From assembly GCA_042408215.1 (NCBI GenBank), contig JAYFMW010000026.1:1-64000 (forward strand): a stretch of 64,000 bases of DNA, given 5' to 3'. Source of the stretch: Microcoleus sp. GTDB taxonomy: Bacteria; Cyanobacteriota; Cyanobacteriia; Cyanobacteriales; Microcoleaceae. Within the stretch, counting starts at the first letter, position 1; every line of letters begins with the position of its first letter. A program made the position numbers and the translations under genes. Positions 10,809 through 20,282 of this stretch are shown here, in pieces. The notes below the pieces were generated by a model, which was given only the letters and a program-made list of their open reading frames with translations, was not told the origin of the DNA and searched no databases.

Positions 10809-12092
10809 CTATTGATAGAGAGAGCTCTCGTAGCCGTCCCTCAAAGCTCGAATCATAATGTTTCGAGCGCCGCCCCAATCTCGGTCATGTTCGTGACCGC
10901 AGTTGGGGCATTTAAATGTTTTTGAACCACCAAGCTTTGAATGTTTGTGTCCGCATTTGGTGCAAGTTTTGCTAGTGTAGGATTCGTTAACGTCAATAAC
11001 AACAACACCCCGTTTTTTAGCTGATTGCTTGAGGTGGCATTCAAAACGATAATGCCCCCAAGTGAGCATCTGCCTAGCAGTCTTGGTGCGTAACTTGCGC
11101 TTTGATTTAACAACCATTCGTGATGTTTCAAATGTAGGCAGCAATATGACTTTGTATTGACTTGTCAGGTAATTAACTACCTGCTTGTGGCACTCGTCAA
11201 CCAAGTCACGAATCCTGATTCTCAGCTTGCTTGCCGCTTCTAGCATCCGGCGTTTCTGCTTTCTACTAGCTTTTGACACACGTCCCATTAGTTTGTCAAG
11301 GTGAGAACACAATCTTTGAATGCGTCCAATGTCTGCCTTGCCAAATTCTTGAAATGAGTCGCCGTCGTAGCCAGTCAAAAAGGTTCTAACGCCAGGGTCA
11401 AGTGCAATTACCTTATCCAGTTCCTTCGTCCTCACCTCTTCTGTTACTGGGATACAAGCGAACCATCGCTTTTTGTCTCTAATAAGTTGGGTCGCAAACT
11501 CGGTCTTTTGAATTGGCTCTGTACTTCTAAAGCTAAGCCCTTTAACTAAGGATGGGAACCAAGTCTCGCCGTTGAAATTAACCTTGTGGAATTTGATTGA
11601 TTGCGAGGGTTGACGGCAACTCCTAAAATTTGCCTCTCCTTTTACAAACTTGGCTTGTTTCCAGGCATCCCAAGCGTCAAAAATAGCATTTTCTTTTGGG
11701 TGAGACGGTGCTGACTTAACCCAATCAGGTAAGTCCAGTCCTAACACGTAGTCCCTCAAAGAATAAGCACTGGTTATTTTTTCGCCTGCTTTCAAGGCTG
11801 CAATAGCTTTGTTGTAGCAGTAACGCGATGCTGATAGCCAAGACTTCCATTTTTGGTGCAGTCCCAGCTCAGGATAAACCCGAATCTTAAGTGTTTTGTT
11901 GGGCGACTTCTTCTCCTTCTTGTGCCTCGGATTCGACTTGTAACTCCTGTTTGATTTGGTTTTCAAGCCTTCTGATGGAGTAAAGTCGGCTGGAAAAGCT
12001 GTGGAGGATTGCGACGATATCTTGAACGAGTTCGGCGTGTGGAGAGAGACTGATTTGGTTGAGAACCACGATTTTGCAGTCAAATTGCTCAC
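10809..12092 (-). CDS. tnpB: IS607 TnpB RNA-guided endonuclease
   Basis: TLKIRVYP, RYCYNKAI, VIALDPGVRTF, VNESYTSKTCTKCG, CPNCG, DRDWGGARNI; true start may lie downstream of 12092. Confidence 0.92.
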   Translation of the reverse strand: MSNLTAKSWFSTKSVSLHTPNSFKISSQSSTAFPADFTPSEGLKTKSNRSYKSNPRHKKEKKSPNKTLKIRVYPELGLHQKWKSWLSASRYCYNKAIAALKAGEKITSAYSLRDYVLGLDLPDWVKSAPSHPKENAIFDAWDAWKQAKFVKGEANFRSCRQPSQSIKFHKVNFNGETWFPSLVKGLSFRSTEPIQKTEFATQLIRDKKRWFACIPVTEEVRTKELDKVIALDPGVRTFLTGYDGDSFQEFGKADIGRIQRLCSHLDKLMGRVSKASRKQKRRMLEAASKLRIRIRDLVDECHKQVVNYLTSQYKVILLPTFETSRMVVKSKRKLRTKTARQMLTWGHYRFECHLKQSAKKRGVVVIDVNESYTSKTCTKCGHKHSKLGGSKTFKCPNCGHEHDRDWGGARNIMIRALRDGYESSLYQ

Positions 12093-12515
12093 AGAGCCAT
12101 TCGATAATGTCGAATCCGAATCTTGCCAGTCGGTCTTTGTGGGGCAACCACAATAATTGCGATATCACCTCGCAGAACTCGTCCCAAAATATTGATGAGT
12201 CCTTTCCTCCTAAGATTGAGTCCTCCTCCCACTTCCTTAACGACTTCAGCGCCTGGGTAGAGCGTTGATAGTCGTTCAACTTGTCGATCGAGGTCTGCCT
12301 TTTGTGGCCTGGTAGAGACGCGAGCATAGACAACAGTGGCGCGTCCAGAGTCTGGTTCTGATTCCTTTTTGATGAATTTTTCGATGTCGTACCGTCTTTG
12401 ACCTGACGGCGTTTTGACGGTGGAGATATTGCCGTTTGCTTCCCATCGTCTGAGGGTTCGCAGGCAAACTCAAGCGAGTGTTAGCTGCTTCATTGGGTTT
12501 CACATATTTAGCCAT
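11887..12515 (-). pseudogene. tnpA: IS607 TnpA serine recombinase with two frameshifts
   Basis: Three frames join as MAKYVKPNEAAN / VCLRTLRRWE...VVYARVSTRPQKADLDRQ...IIVVA / HKDRLARFGF...ELVQDIVAILHSFSSRLYS; +1 shifts near 12475 and at GGGG 12141-12144. Confidence 0.85.
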
Positions 12516-12704
12516 AGGAAAACTTTCGCACCATATGTGCTTGTTGTCCAGCTTTTTCCAATTAATTAATTATTAGAGGCTAACCGATCGCCCCTTTGAC
12601 ATTTCCCAAAATTTGGTTTACACTTAGCCGGTTGCGATCGCCAATGGTAAGATCAGCTCAAGCTAAATATTTTTTTTCACGGCGCCGAGGCGCAAAGTAA
12701 TTGC

Positions 12705-13331
12705 ATGGTACACTCTGGAACTGTTTGCTGGCTCCGCTCCACCGCCCGGATTACGATCGGGGCGATCGCAGCTTTTACCCTGTTGCAACCGCTTCAAGCC
12801 CACGCACAACAACCTTCTGGGTCAGAGAACCGCCCGCAAGTCGAACCAGCAGACGACCCCACAGATCCCAACAATCTCCGCCCTCTCACCCAAGACAACA
12901 GCCTGCTGAGCATTCCCGGAGGTCAGCGATTGATGACAGAAGCCAGTAATGCTATCTCCAATCAAAATTACGCTTTAGCAGCTCAAAAACTCCAAGAATC
13001 CCGCCAAATTTTCAATCAGTTGTCTAACTTCTACCAACAACTGGGCGGCAGTTTTGCCGGAATTGACACCCGCTTAGCCGACAGCAACCGCACCAAAGCT
13101 GTGGAAACAGCCCAAATGCGGGACGAAGCTACCTATCGGCTAGCGTTGGTACACCGGGCGCAAAATAAGCCAGAACTCGCAGTACCACTGCTGATTCAGA
13201 TTATTCGCTCCCAGCAGCCAACTCGCGAATTAGGCAAAAAAGCTTACCAGCAGTTACTAGAGTTGGGGTTTGTGGATACCCCCTATCCTCGATCGGGTAC
13301 CAGCACTCAGCCGCGATCGTCTAACAAATAG
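12705..13331 (+). CDS. Conserved helical (TPR-like) protein with N-terminal signal-like segment
   Basis: Hydrophobic N-terminus with AHA-Q; RDEATYRLALVHRAQNKPELAVPLL; upstream of bolA-grxD. Confidence 0.7.
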   Translation: MVHSGTVCWLRSTARITIGAIAAFTLLQPLQAHAQQPSGSENRPQVEPADDPTDPNNLRPLTQDNSLLSIPGGQRLMTEASNAISNQNYALAAQKLQESRQIFNQLSNFYQQLGGSFAGIDTRLADSNRTKAVETAQMRDEATYRLALVHRAQNKPELAVPLLIQIIRSQQPTRELGKKAYQQLLELGFVDTPYPRSGTSTQPRSSNK

Positions 13332-13373
13332 TTCAACTAAAATCTAAATTGCAGCCGTTTATCAAAAAAACCA

Positions 13374-13634
13374 ATGGTTACACCATCTCAAGTAGCAGAA
13401 ATGATTCAGACTGGATTACCCGACGCTAAAGTAAAAGTTGACGATTTGACCGGCGGCGGCGACCACTACCAAGCAAGGGTAGTTTCGTCTGCGTTTGAAG
13501 GTAAAAGCCGAGTACAGCAACACCAACTGGTTTACGGTACTCTCAAACAAGCAATGGCTAGTGAAGCCATCCACGCTTTGGCTTTGCAAACTTTCACTCC
13601 CACAGAATGGGAAGCGCAAAGTCAAGTTGCTTAA
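13374..13634 (+). CDS. BolA family protein
   Basis: [27 protein letters not shown]...IHALALQT. Confidence 0.93.
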   Translation: MVTPSQVAEMIQTGLPDAKVKVDDLTGGGDHYQARVVSSAFEGKSRVQQHQLVYGTLKQAMASEAIHALALQTFTPTEWEAQSQVA

Positions 13635-13736
13635 CTGTTGAGGTGGAAAAATATCACAAGTTGGTATTTTTGTCAATAGTTTCTGAACAGACAACTGTCA
13701 CAGGTTAAAATTTTTCAAGCAATATTAGGAGCGACC

Positions 13737-14060
13737 ATGAGTACAGCAGCACATCAGAAAATTGACGAATTGGTTAAGCAAAACAAAATCATGGTATTCA
13801 TGAAGGGCAATAAATTAATGCCCCAATGTGGTTTCTCTAACAACGTAGTGCAAATTCTCAACACTTTGGGAGTACCCTATGAAACTTGTGATGTTTTGGC
13901 AGACCAGGAAATTCGTCAGGGAGTAAAAGAGTATTCCAACTGGCCGACAATTCCCCAAGTTTATATTAACGGCGAATTTCTTGGTGGCTCGGATATTCTG
14001 ATCGAGATGTATCAAAAAGGCGAATTGCAAGAAGCCGTAGAAGTGGCTTTAGCTTCTTAA
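13737..14060 (+). CDS. grxD: Monothiol glutaredoxin Grx4
   Basis: PQCGFS, WPTIPQVYINGEFLGGSDI. Confidence 0.96.
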   Translation: MSTAAHQKIDELVKQNKIMVFMKGNKLMPQCGFSNNVVQILNTLGVPYETCDVLADQEIRQGVKEYSNWPTIPQVYINGEFLGGSDILIEMYQKGELQEAVEVALAS

Positions 14061-14076
14061 ATTAGACAGAACAAAC

Positions 14077-14109
14077 AGATCCCCGACTTCTTAAAGAAGT
14101 CGGGGATCT
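14077..14109 (+). terminator. Hairpin downstream of grxD (terminator-like or dispersed palindrome)
   Basis: AGATCCCCGACTTCT-TAA-AGAAGTCGGGGATCT. Confidence 0.6.
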
Positions 14110-14159
14110 AACAGCCATCGCGTTTTAAGTTGAATTAGGTTGATTTATAGCAGATGTTG

Positions 14160-14376
14160 AAGGAAGAAGGAAGAAGGAAGAAGGAAGAAGGAAGAAGGAA
14201 GAATTAAAAATTACGAATTACGAATTATTCACTCGTAATTAGGAATTCGTAATTCGTAATTCCCTACTCGTAATTAGGAATTAGGAATTAGTAATTCGTA
14301 ATTCCCTACTCGTAGCCCGATGCCCAATGCCCGATGCCCAATGCCCGATGCCCGATGCCCAATTACCAATGACCAA
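14160..14376. repeat. Heptamer STRR tracts (AAGGAAG)n, (TTCGTAA/TTAGGAA)n, (CCCGATG/CCCAATG)n
   Basis: Read directly. Confidence 0.85.
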
Positions 14377-14409
14377 ATAATCAAGGGTTAATTAAACCGA
14401 ATTTGCTAT

Positions 14410-14658
14410 TTAGTAGTAGTCTGCTTCAGTTTGTGTCTGAGGCATTTCAAAATTCGAGGGGTCGTGAATGTAACGCGCTGCTTCTTCCTCTAATCTGTGA
14501 ATCAAGTAGGGTTCTAGACCGTTTGAATGTCGCAAGGCTGCTAGATAGCCGTCTAAGTAAAGTCGCAGGTCATCGAATCGATAACCTCTGTTCCACATCT
14601 CGACGAGGGCGTCGGTGAGTTTTTGGTAATGCCGGATTGTCTGAGTGTCTTGAAGCAT
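14410..14658 (-). CDS. Conserved small cyanobacterial protein (DUF6761-like)
   Basis: MLQDTQTIRHYQKLTDALVEMWNRGYRFDDLRLYLDGYLAALR; divergent from nrrA. Confidence 0.75.
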   Translation of the reverse strand: MLQDTQTIRHYQKLTDALVEMWNRGYRFDDLRLYLDGYLAALRHSNGLEPYLIHRLEEEAARYIHDPSNFEMPQTQTEADYY

Positions 14659-15181
14659 GGTGAGGTTGAAATCCTTTGTGGTGTGTATAATGACGGCGGG
14701 ATTTTAGAAACGGCTTTGATTTTTACGCTGGTTACTCAGGTCTAGGCTATTTCTAAATAACAGTTTTTACCCAGCTCAACAGGCTACCCTCCATAAAAAA
14801 TTTCACGCGCTGATGAAGCACGACTCGAATTTTTTGCACACACCTAGACTATTCGTCCTGGGTTTAATTGAGTCGGGATTTTCCTGAACTTTGCGGTTAA
14901 ACTGCGTGAGTCTTCCGGCTACCGAGGGAACGGTTGGAGGAATTCTAATTGCAGTCGGTAAATTTGTCAACTTTTGAGGATTTGGGGCTGGGTCTTCGGA
15001 TCGGGATGGGCTGGCGGTTGGGGCCTGGGGTCGATCGGCTGTACACTGTATTGTGTTCATTCTAAGATCAGCGCCTGAATGCTTTAATCTTTCTGGGGGC
15101 TGATAATCGCAAATAGACAACAAGTTCTTGAAAATTCAGCCACGAGCCTGATTGGCCACTTTCAAGGGAGCCTAGGCTTGG

Positions 15182-15223
15182 GTAGCTATGGTTACAAAAC
15201 CTTGACAAAAGTTCTGTTAATCT
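15182..15223 (+). promoter_or_regulatory. Canonical NtcA-activated promoter of nrrA
   Basis: GTAGCTATGGTTAC (15182-15195), 22-nt spacer, TAATCT (15218-15223). Confidence 0.85.
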
Positions 15224-15256
15224 GGTAGCCATTAGTGATAAGGGAAGCTCGCCGCT

Positions 15257-15988
15257 GTGGGATCTGCTAGTATTTCAATTGTTGAAGGGAATCCGCACCT
15301 GCGATCGCTCTTGGGTTGGCATCTACAGCAGGTCGGTCATTGGGTACACCAGTCAGCGGATATTGGTCACGCTAGGGAAATATTTTACACTCGCCAGCCT
15401 TCCCTAGTGATTCTGGATGCTGAATTGCCAGATGGGGATGGTTTGGAATTTTGTCGATGGCTACAACAACAGCAGCAGTCGCTGATTTTGATGCTGTCGG
15501 CGCGGAATTCCGAAGCGGATATTGTTGAAGGTTTGAAGTCGGGGGCCGACGATTACCTGACTAAACCCTTTGGGATGCAAGAATTTATGGCGCGGGTGGA
15601 GGCTCTGATGCGCCGCAACCGCACGATGATACCGCCGGCGACGCTGGAGTGCGGGTTGCTAAAAATTGATTTGGTGCAGCGCCGAGTCCGGTTGCACGAG
15701 GCAAACATTGAGCTCACTCCCCAGGAATTCAGCCTGTTGTACGTGCTGGCTCAAGCTGGAGGAGTGCCGCTGTCGCGATCGGATTTACTGCGGAGAGCTT
15801 GGCCCGATGCTATTGACAACCCGCGCACCATTGACACTCACGTACTGTCTTTGCGGAAAAAAATCGAAATCGATCCGCGACAGCCGAGTCTGATTCAAAC
15901 TGTGCGGAATGTTGGCTATCGGCTGAATCTGGAATTGTTGAATGGGAATGAATGGCATTCAGCGGTGCCGGGAGTTATGAGATCTTAA
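15257..15988 (+). CDS. nrrA: OmpR-family nitrogen-regulated response regulator NrrA
   Basis: IVEGNPHLRSLLGWHLQQ...WPDAIDNPRTIDTHVLSLRKK; upstream NtcA promoter supports the call. Confidence 0.85.
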   Translation: MGSASISIVEGNPHLRSLLGWHLQQVGHWVHQSADIGHAREIFYTRQPSLVILDAELPDGDGLEFCRWLQQQQQSLILMLSARNSEADIVEGLKSGADDYLTKPFGMQEFMARVEALMRRNRTMIPPATLECGLLKIDLVQRRVRLHEANIELTPQEFSLLYVLAQAGGVPLSRSDLLRRAWPDAIDNPRTIDTHVLSLRKKIEIDPRQPSLIQTVRNVGYRLNLELLNGNEWHSAVPGVMRS

Positions 15989-16079
15989 TCTGCTTTCTGA
16001 TTTTAGGTTGGGAATTGAGTGGCGATCGCATCTGTTTTTGCCGCCATAATAAAATCATTACGGACACTTCTGATGTGAA

Positions 16080-16508
16080 TTATTTGGGACAGGACAATTG
16101 TCCGTTAGGAGTTAGGTAAACATTGTGGTTGAACTCATTAATAAAACATACGAGCAATCCTTCTCGGTGATTTTTTTTGCCATCATTCCACCGCAATACT
16201 TCGGTATTTGCGGTGGTCCGGCGTGGTGCATCGGAAGTTTTTTCTAATGTGCTTTCCCCTGGGTTTAGCGATGATCCTACGCGAATGCTCATTTCCTCAA
16301 CTTCTCCAGTTCGCTTGCCAAATTCGTTGACTTTGTGATTGTGGAGGACAAAGTTTTTTACATAAATGCGCTGATTGGAAATATTAGTCAGCCGCAGCAT
16401 TCCCTGTTTTACAGTTTCTACTCGCAGCACGTAGCTGGGTGGAATGAAAGCAGCAACGGAGACAGAGGCGATCGCAATTCCTGCCAGAAGTGATAAGACC
16501 TTGTTCAT
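16080..16508 (-). CDS. Hypothetical secreted protein
   Basis: Signal-peptide-like N-terminus MNKVLSLLAGIAIASVSVAA; no family recognised. Confidence 0.6.
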   Translation of the reverse strand: MNKVLSLLAGIAIASVSVAAFIPPSYVLRVETVKQGMLRLTNISNQRIYVKNFVLHNHKVNEFGKRTGEVEEMSIRVGSSLNPGESTLEKTSDAPRRTTANTEVLRWNDGKKNHREGLLVCFINEFNHNVYLTPNGQLSCPK

Positions 16509-16774
16509 GTTATTATAATACGCGCATCTGATTTTTAGAATAAGCGCATTGCATTTTGAGGAATTATACTACAGTAATATTTTGTTTGTCAAGTTAAATT
16601 AATGAGCAGGCGATCGCGGTGGCTCTGTTTGAGGTACGGGATATTTAAATGGAAGTATCAGCAGTGACAACAATAATTGATCTTATTTTAACTCAATTCA
16701 TCTCATAACTCAGCGGCCTTCTTGTCCCCCCCTTGTGAAGGGGGGTTAGGGGGTATCCATCGCCTAAAAACCCA

Positions 16775-18136
16775 TCAACCGATCGCCTTTTTAATCAAAT
16801 CCAACTTACCCTTATAGGGAGCATAGCGCCATTTCAAGTCAAGCCAAAATGACTTGTGCAGCACGCTTTTGTAATGAGAAAAAGTATCAAAACTGGCTTT
16901 CCCATGATAACTCCCAATCCCGCTCTCGCCAACTCCACCAAAAGGCAAAGTTGTCACCCCGACTTGCATTACAGTATCGTTGATACAAACTCCCCCAGAG
17001 GAAGTTTCCCGTAAAACTCGCTGTTGTTTCTCTTGATCCTTCGAGAAAAAATACAAAGCCAAAGGTTTGGGACGAGCATTAATTTTGGCGATCGCCTCCC
17101 CGAAATCATCATATTCCAAAACTGGCAAAATCGGCCCAAAAATCTCATCTTGCATCACCGGCGCATCCCAGGAAACATTATCTAAAACTGTTGGTGCAAT
17201 ATATCTATCTTCCGGGTGAGTTTCCCCACCAACGACAATTTCTCCGTCTTTGATAAACGCACTCAAACGTTCCCATTGCCTTTGATTGATAATTCTGCAA
17301 TAGTCGGGACTTTTTTGCGGATCATCGCCGTAAAATTCTAGAATTGATGCTTTAATTGCCTTCATCAAATCTGGCTTGACTTTCCGATCGACTAACAGGT
17401 AATCTGGAGCAATGCAAGTTTGTCCAGCATTGATAAATTTGCCCCAAGCAATGCGTTTTGCGGTGTATTCAATCTGAATGTCTGAATCGACAATGCAAGG
17501 ACTTTTGCCGCCTAATTCCAATGTTACAGGTGTCAGGTGTTTGGCGGCGGCTTCCATCACAATTCGACCGATTTTTGTGCCACCTGTAAAGAAGATGTGG
17601 TCGAATTTTTCGGCTAGCAATTGTTGGCTGATTTCCACGCCTCCCTCGACGGCGGCTACATAGGCGGGATCGAAGGTTTTAGCAATCATGTCGGCGACAA
17701 CTGCTGAGGTGTGTGATGCTATTTCCGAAGGTTTGAGAATCGCACAGTTGCCGGCGGCGATCGCACCTACTAACGGTGATATCATTAACTGAAATGGATA
17801 ATTCCAAGGCCCGATAATTAAAACTACGCCTAAAGGTTCGGGAAAAATGCGGGCTGATGCGGGAAATTGGTCGATCGAAGTAGGAACTTTTTTCGGTTTT
17901 ACCCAGGATTTGAGGTTTTTGATGGCATACTTAACTTCTGCGATCGATGCGATTTCAAAATAAGCCTCAAATTCCGGTCGATTGAGGTCGGCATTGACAG
18001 CATCGACAATTCGTGATTGATTAGATTCGATCGCACTTTTGAGTTTATTCAGTTGTTCGAGCCGAAAATCCACATCTTTAGTTTTCCCAGTCGCAAAAAA
18101 CTGTCGCTGCTGCTGGATCGTATCGCTGATTACCAT
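16775..18136 (-). CDS. Aldehyde dehydrogenase (class 3-like)
   Basis: PWNYPFQL, FFTGG, LELGGKSPC, NAGQTCIAPDY, EIFGPILP, PFGGVGESGIG. Confidence 0.95.
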   Translation of the reverse strand: MVISDTIQQQRQFFATGKTKDVDFRLEQLNKLKSAIESNQSRIVDAVNADLNRPEFEAYFEIASIAEVKYAIKNLKSWVKPKKVPTSIDQFPASARIFPEPLGVVLIIGPWNYPFQLMISPLVGAIAAGNCAILKPSEIASHTSAVVADMIAKTFDPAYVAAVEGGVEISQQLLAEKFDHIFFTGGTKIGRIVMEAAAKHLTPVTLELGGKSPCIVDSDIQIEYTAKRIAWGKFINAGQTCIAPDYLLVDRKVKPDLMKAIKASILEFYGDDPQKSPDYCRIINQRQWERLSAFIKDGEIVVGGETHPEDRYIAPTVLDNVSWDAPVMQDEIFGPILPVLEYDDFGEAIAKINARPKPLALYFFSKDQEKQQRVLRETSSGGVCINDTVMQVGVTTLPFGGVGESGIGSYHGKASFDTFSHYKSVLHKSFWLDLKWRYAPYKGKLDLIKKAIG

Positions 18137-18200
18137 CTTTTGTCCTCCATGTCTATAAATAAATGTTACAACATTTCCGAAAATAGGCTATAACACTTAG

Positions 18201-18351
18201 ACCAATTTAATAGGTCGTTGCATATATTTCGATCCCCCTAAATCCCCCTTAATAAGGGAGTAGGGGGTGACGAAAGACCACCCTCTTGTCCCCCCCTTAT
18301 TAAGGGGGGTTAGGGGGGATCAGATTCTATGCAGCCTCATAAAAAATTGGT
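18201..18351. repeat. MITE-like palindromic element with CCCCCTTAATAAGGG core
   Basis: ACCAATTT...AAATTGGT ends and nested inverted repeats. Confidence 0.55.
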
Positions 18352-18394
18352 ATTAGACAATTGACGATCGTACTAAATCCGGCTTAAATACTCC

Positions 18395-18565
18395 CTAGGG
18401 CGTGTTTTCAAAGTCTATATTTACCTGTCTGTTGCGAAGAAGATCCCCCCCGGCCCCCCTTAATAAGGGGGGAGAATGAGCGTCAAAGTCAACTCCTACT
18501 GACACCCTACTCCCTGATTAAGGGGGATGCGAGGGGGTTCTCCGGGGCAAGAAAACACGCCCTAG
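18395..18565. mobile_element. MITE with CTAGGGCGTGTTTTC / GAAAACACGCCCTAG ends
   Basis: Perfect 15-bp terminal inverted repeat including CTAG; internal CCCCCTTAATAAGGGGG palindrome. Confidence 0.75.
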
Positions 18566-18575
18566 TCCCTGCTTT

Positions 18576-19187
18576 TTACAACCTTGAACCCAGATCGATC
18601 GCCAGTTTAAAGCTATCAGAAAAATCCTGCGGAGGCACACCCACCATCAAAGCCGAATCATCTCGCAAATGGATTTCTACATCACGTTTCCGCTCTACAA
18701 ACAAACTCGCTTCCGACAAATGGCGGGGACTCAAAAAATGCACAACTTGATTAGCAGAACCCCGCCAACCTTTATTATCATTCAATTCTGCCACATACTG
18801 CCCATCAATCAGAACATCAATCAAAGCCAAAACTCGATCGATAGCAGCATCAGATTTCCCTTGTAACTGTGCCAGAGTAAAACCCGTAAAGCACATAATA
18901 GATATGTCGCGGTGTTCGCGGAGATAGGCAAATAAAACACCAAGCGCCGCCGCTTGCAACATCGGTTCCCCGCCGGAAACAGTCAGCCCTTCCGTACCGG
19001 AAACAGATAAAATATAGTCAGCCAATTGTAGCGGTTCAACTAAAGTCGCTTGCTGTTGAGGAATCCATTCCGGGGAAACGCAATGGCGGCAATTAAAACA
19101 ACATCCTTGCACCCAAATCACAAAGCGTTGATTCGGGCCAAGAGTGCGAGTAGCAGGACAAATTTCAGCAACATTGAGTAAAGTCAT
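18576..19187 (-). CDS. Radical SAM protein, NrdG/activase-like (single 4Fe-4S cluster)
   Basis: GPNQRFVIWVQGCCFNCRHC (CxxxCxxC), GLTVSGGEPMLQ, DVLIDGQY, WRGSANQ. Confidence 0.88.
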   Translation of the reverse strand: MTLLNVAEICPATRTLGPNQRFVIWVQGCCFNCRHCVSPEWIPQQQATLVEPLQLADYILSVSGTEGLTVSGGEPMLQAAALGVLFAYLREHRDISIMCFTGFTLAQLQGKSDAAIDRVLALIDVLIDGQYVAELNDNKGWRGSANQVVHFLSPRHLSEASLFVERKRDVEIHLRDDSALMVGVPPQDFSDSFKLAIDLGSRL

Positions 19188-19189
19188 AG

Positions 19190-20254
19190 CTAAAAAACCA
19201 ACGTATTTTTGGGTTGAGCTTCTTCGTGTTTTCTGCGAGCATTCCCTAACTCTCCGTCAATTTCTGCTAATATTTGCTGTACATTTCTCAGCAGAGAATC
19301 TACTTTTTGGCTATCTATTGGCAGCCGATTTCCTAATCCCAGATTTGATAGATAGTGAGTATTCAAAGCTGTCAGAATTTCCGCCGTTGCTGTTTGATAT
19401 TTCTGGAAGTCTTCCCCAGCTTTTTGTAATTGCTGCTGGGCTTCACCGTAAGATTTCTGCTGCTGTGCGAGCTCCGTGCGCTGTTGTTCCAGAGTGGCTA
19501 ATTCCTGCGTTAAAGCTGCGGATAAACGCTCTCGCTGTGACTGGGTTAAAATTATCAGTTCAGCAACAGTATCTTCTGTGCTGGTTTCTAGACGATTCTG
19601 CCGGGATTGCCAATAATTGATTTCTTCTTTGAGCGTAGATTGCTGTCGTTGCATGGCGCTAATTTGGTCATCTAATTCGGCTTTTTGTTGTTGGAGCGAT
19701 CGCAGTTTTTCCTTTTCCGGTTCTAACGTCGCCTTGTGTGTCGCAATCTCTGCCCGCAATTTGTCTAAATTGGTGCCTTCGAGTTCAGTTTGAATCTCTT
19801 GCAGTTGTCTAGCTTTCTCTCTTAAACTTTGCAATTCAGAGTTAGATTGCTGCAATTTTTCTTCCTGTTGCAGCAAGTTAGCTGCTGACTGAAGTAGTTT
19901 AGATTTATCGTTGGCTATTTGGTTGATGGCTGAAGTGCGATCGCCTATCTTTTCTTTTAGTGTAGTCGGTATCGGTAAAGTTGTCAAGTGGGGGAGCCAA
20001 GAATTGAGTATTTCTAACTGGGTGTTGAGAGTTTTGGAAAGTGCGATCGCCCACGCTTCCAAAGTTTCTGGATCTGCACCAGCCAACTGTCTCAAAACTT
20101 CTGGATAAAAAGTTGACTCCCAGAGGCTCATTCCTGCTTGTACTAATTCCAAAGGCAGTTTAATAGTTTCAAATTCTCTGAAGTTTTGACTTTTTTGTAT
20201 TTGCTGCAATACAATTGTTATTGCTTCTATATCATGTTGCTGATTTGGCTGCAT
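19190..20254 (-). CDS. Long coiled-coil protein of unknown function
   Basis: Q/E/L-rich heptads; ATG 20254 preceded by GGAGG; stop 2 nt before the radical SAM start. Confidence 0.8.
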   Translation of the reverse strand: MQPNQQHDIEAITIVLQQIQKSQNFREFETIKLPLELVQAGMSLWESTFYPEVLRQLAGADPETLEAWAIALSKTLNTQLEILNSWLPHLTTLPIPTTLKEKIGDRTSAINQIANDKSKLLQSAANLLQQEEKLQQSNSELQSLREKARQLQEIQTELEGTNLDKLRAEIATHKATLEPEKEKLRSLQQQKAELDDQISAMQRQQSTLKEEINYWQSRQNRLETSTEDTVAELIILTQSQRERLSAALTQELATLEQQRTELAQQQKSYGEAQQQLQKAGEDFQKYQTATAEILTALNTHYLSNLGLGNRLPIDSQKVDSLLRNVQQILAEIDGELGNARRKHEEAQPKNTLVF

Positions 20255-20282
20255 AAACACCTCCAATTATGGTATCATCAGA

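Larger units (their letters stand above)
10747..12585 (-). mobile_element. IS607-family insertion sequence (tnpA + tnpB)
   Basis: MerR-HTH/serine-recombinase tnpA overlapping tnpB; no TIRs; ends estimated at GG dinucleotides, so boundaries are approximate. Confidence 0.85.

Noticed and set aside
14803..15123. 106-aa minus-strand ORF
   Set aside because: TTG start, no recognisable motif; lies in the nrrA divergent regulatory region
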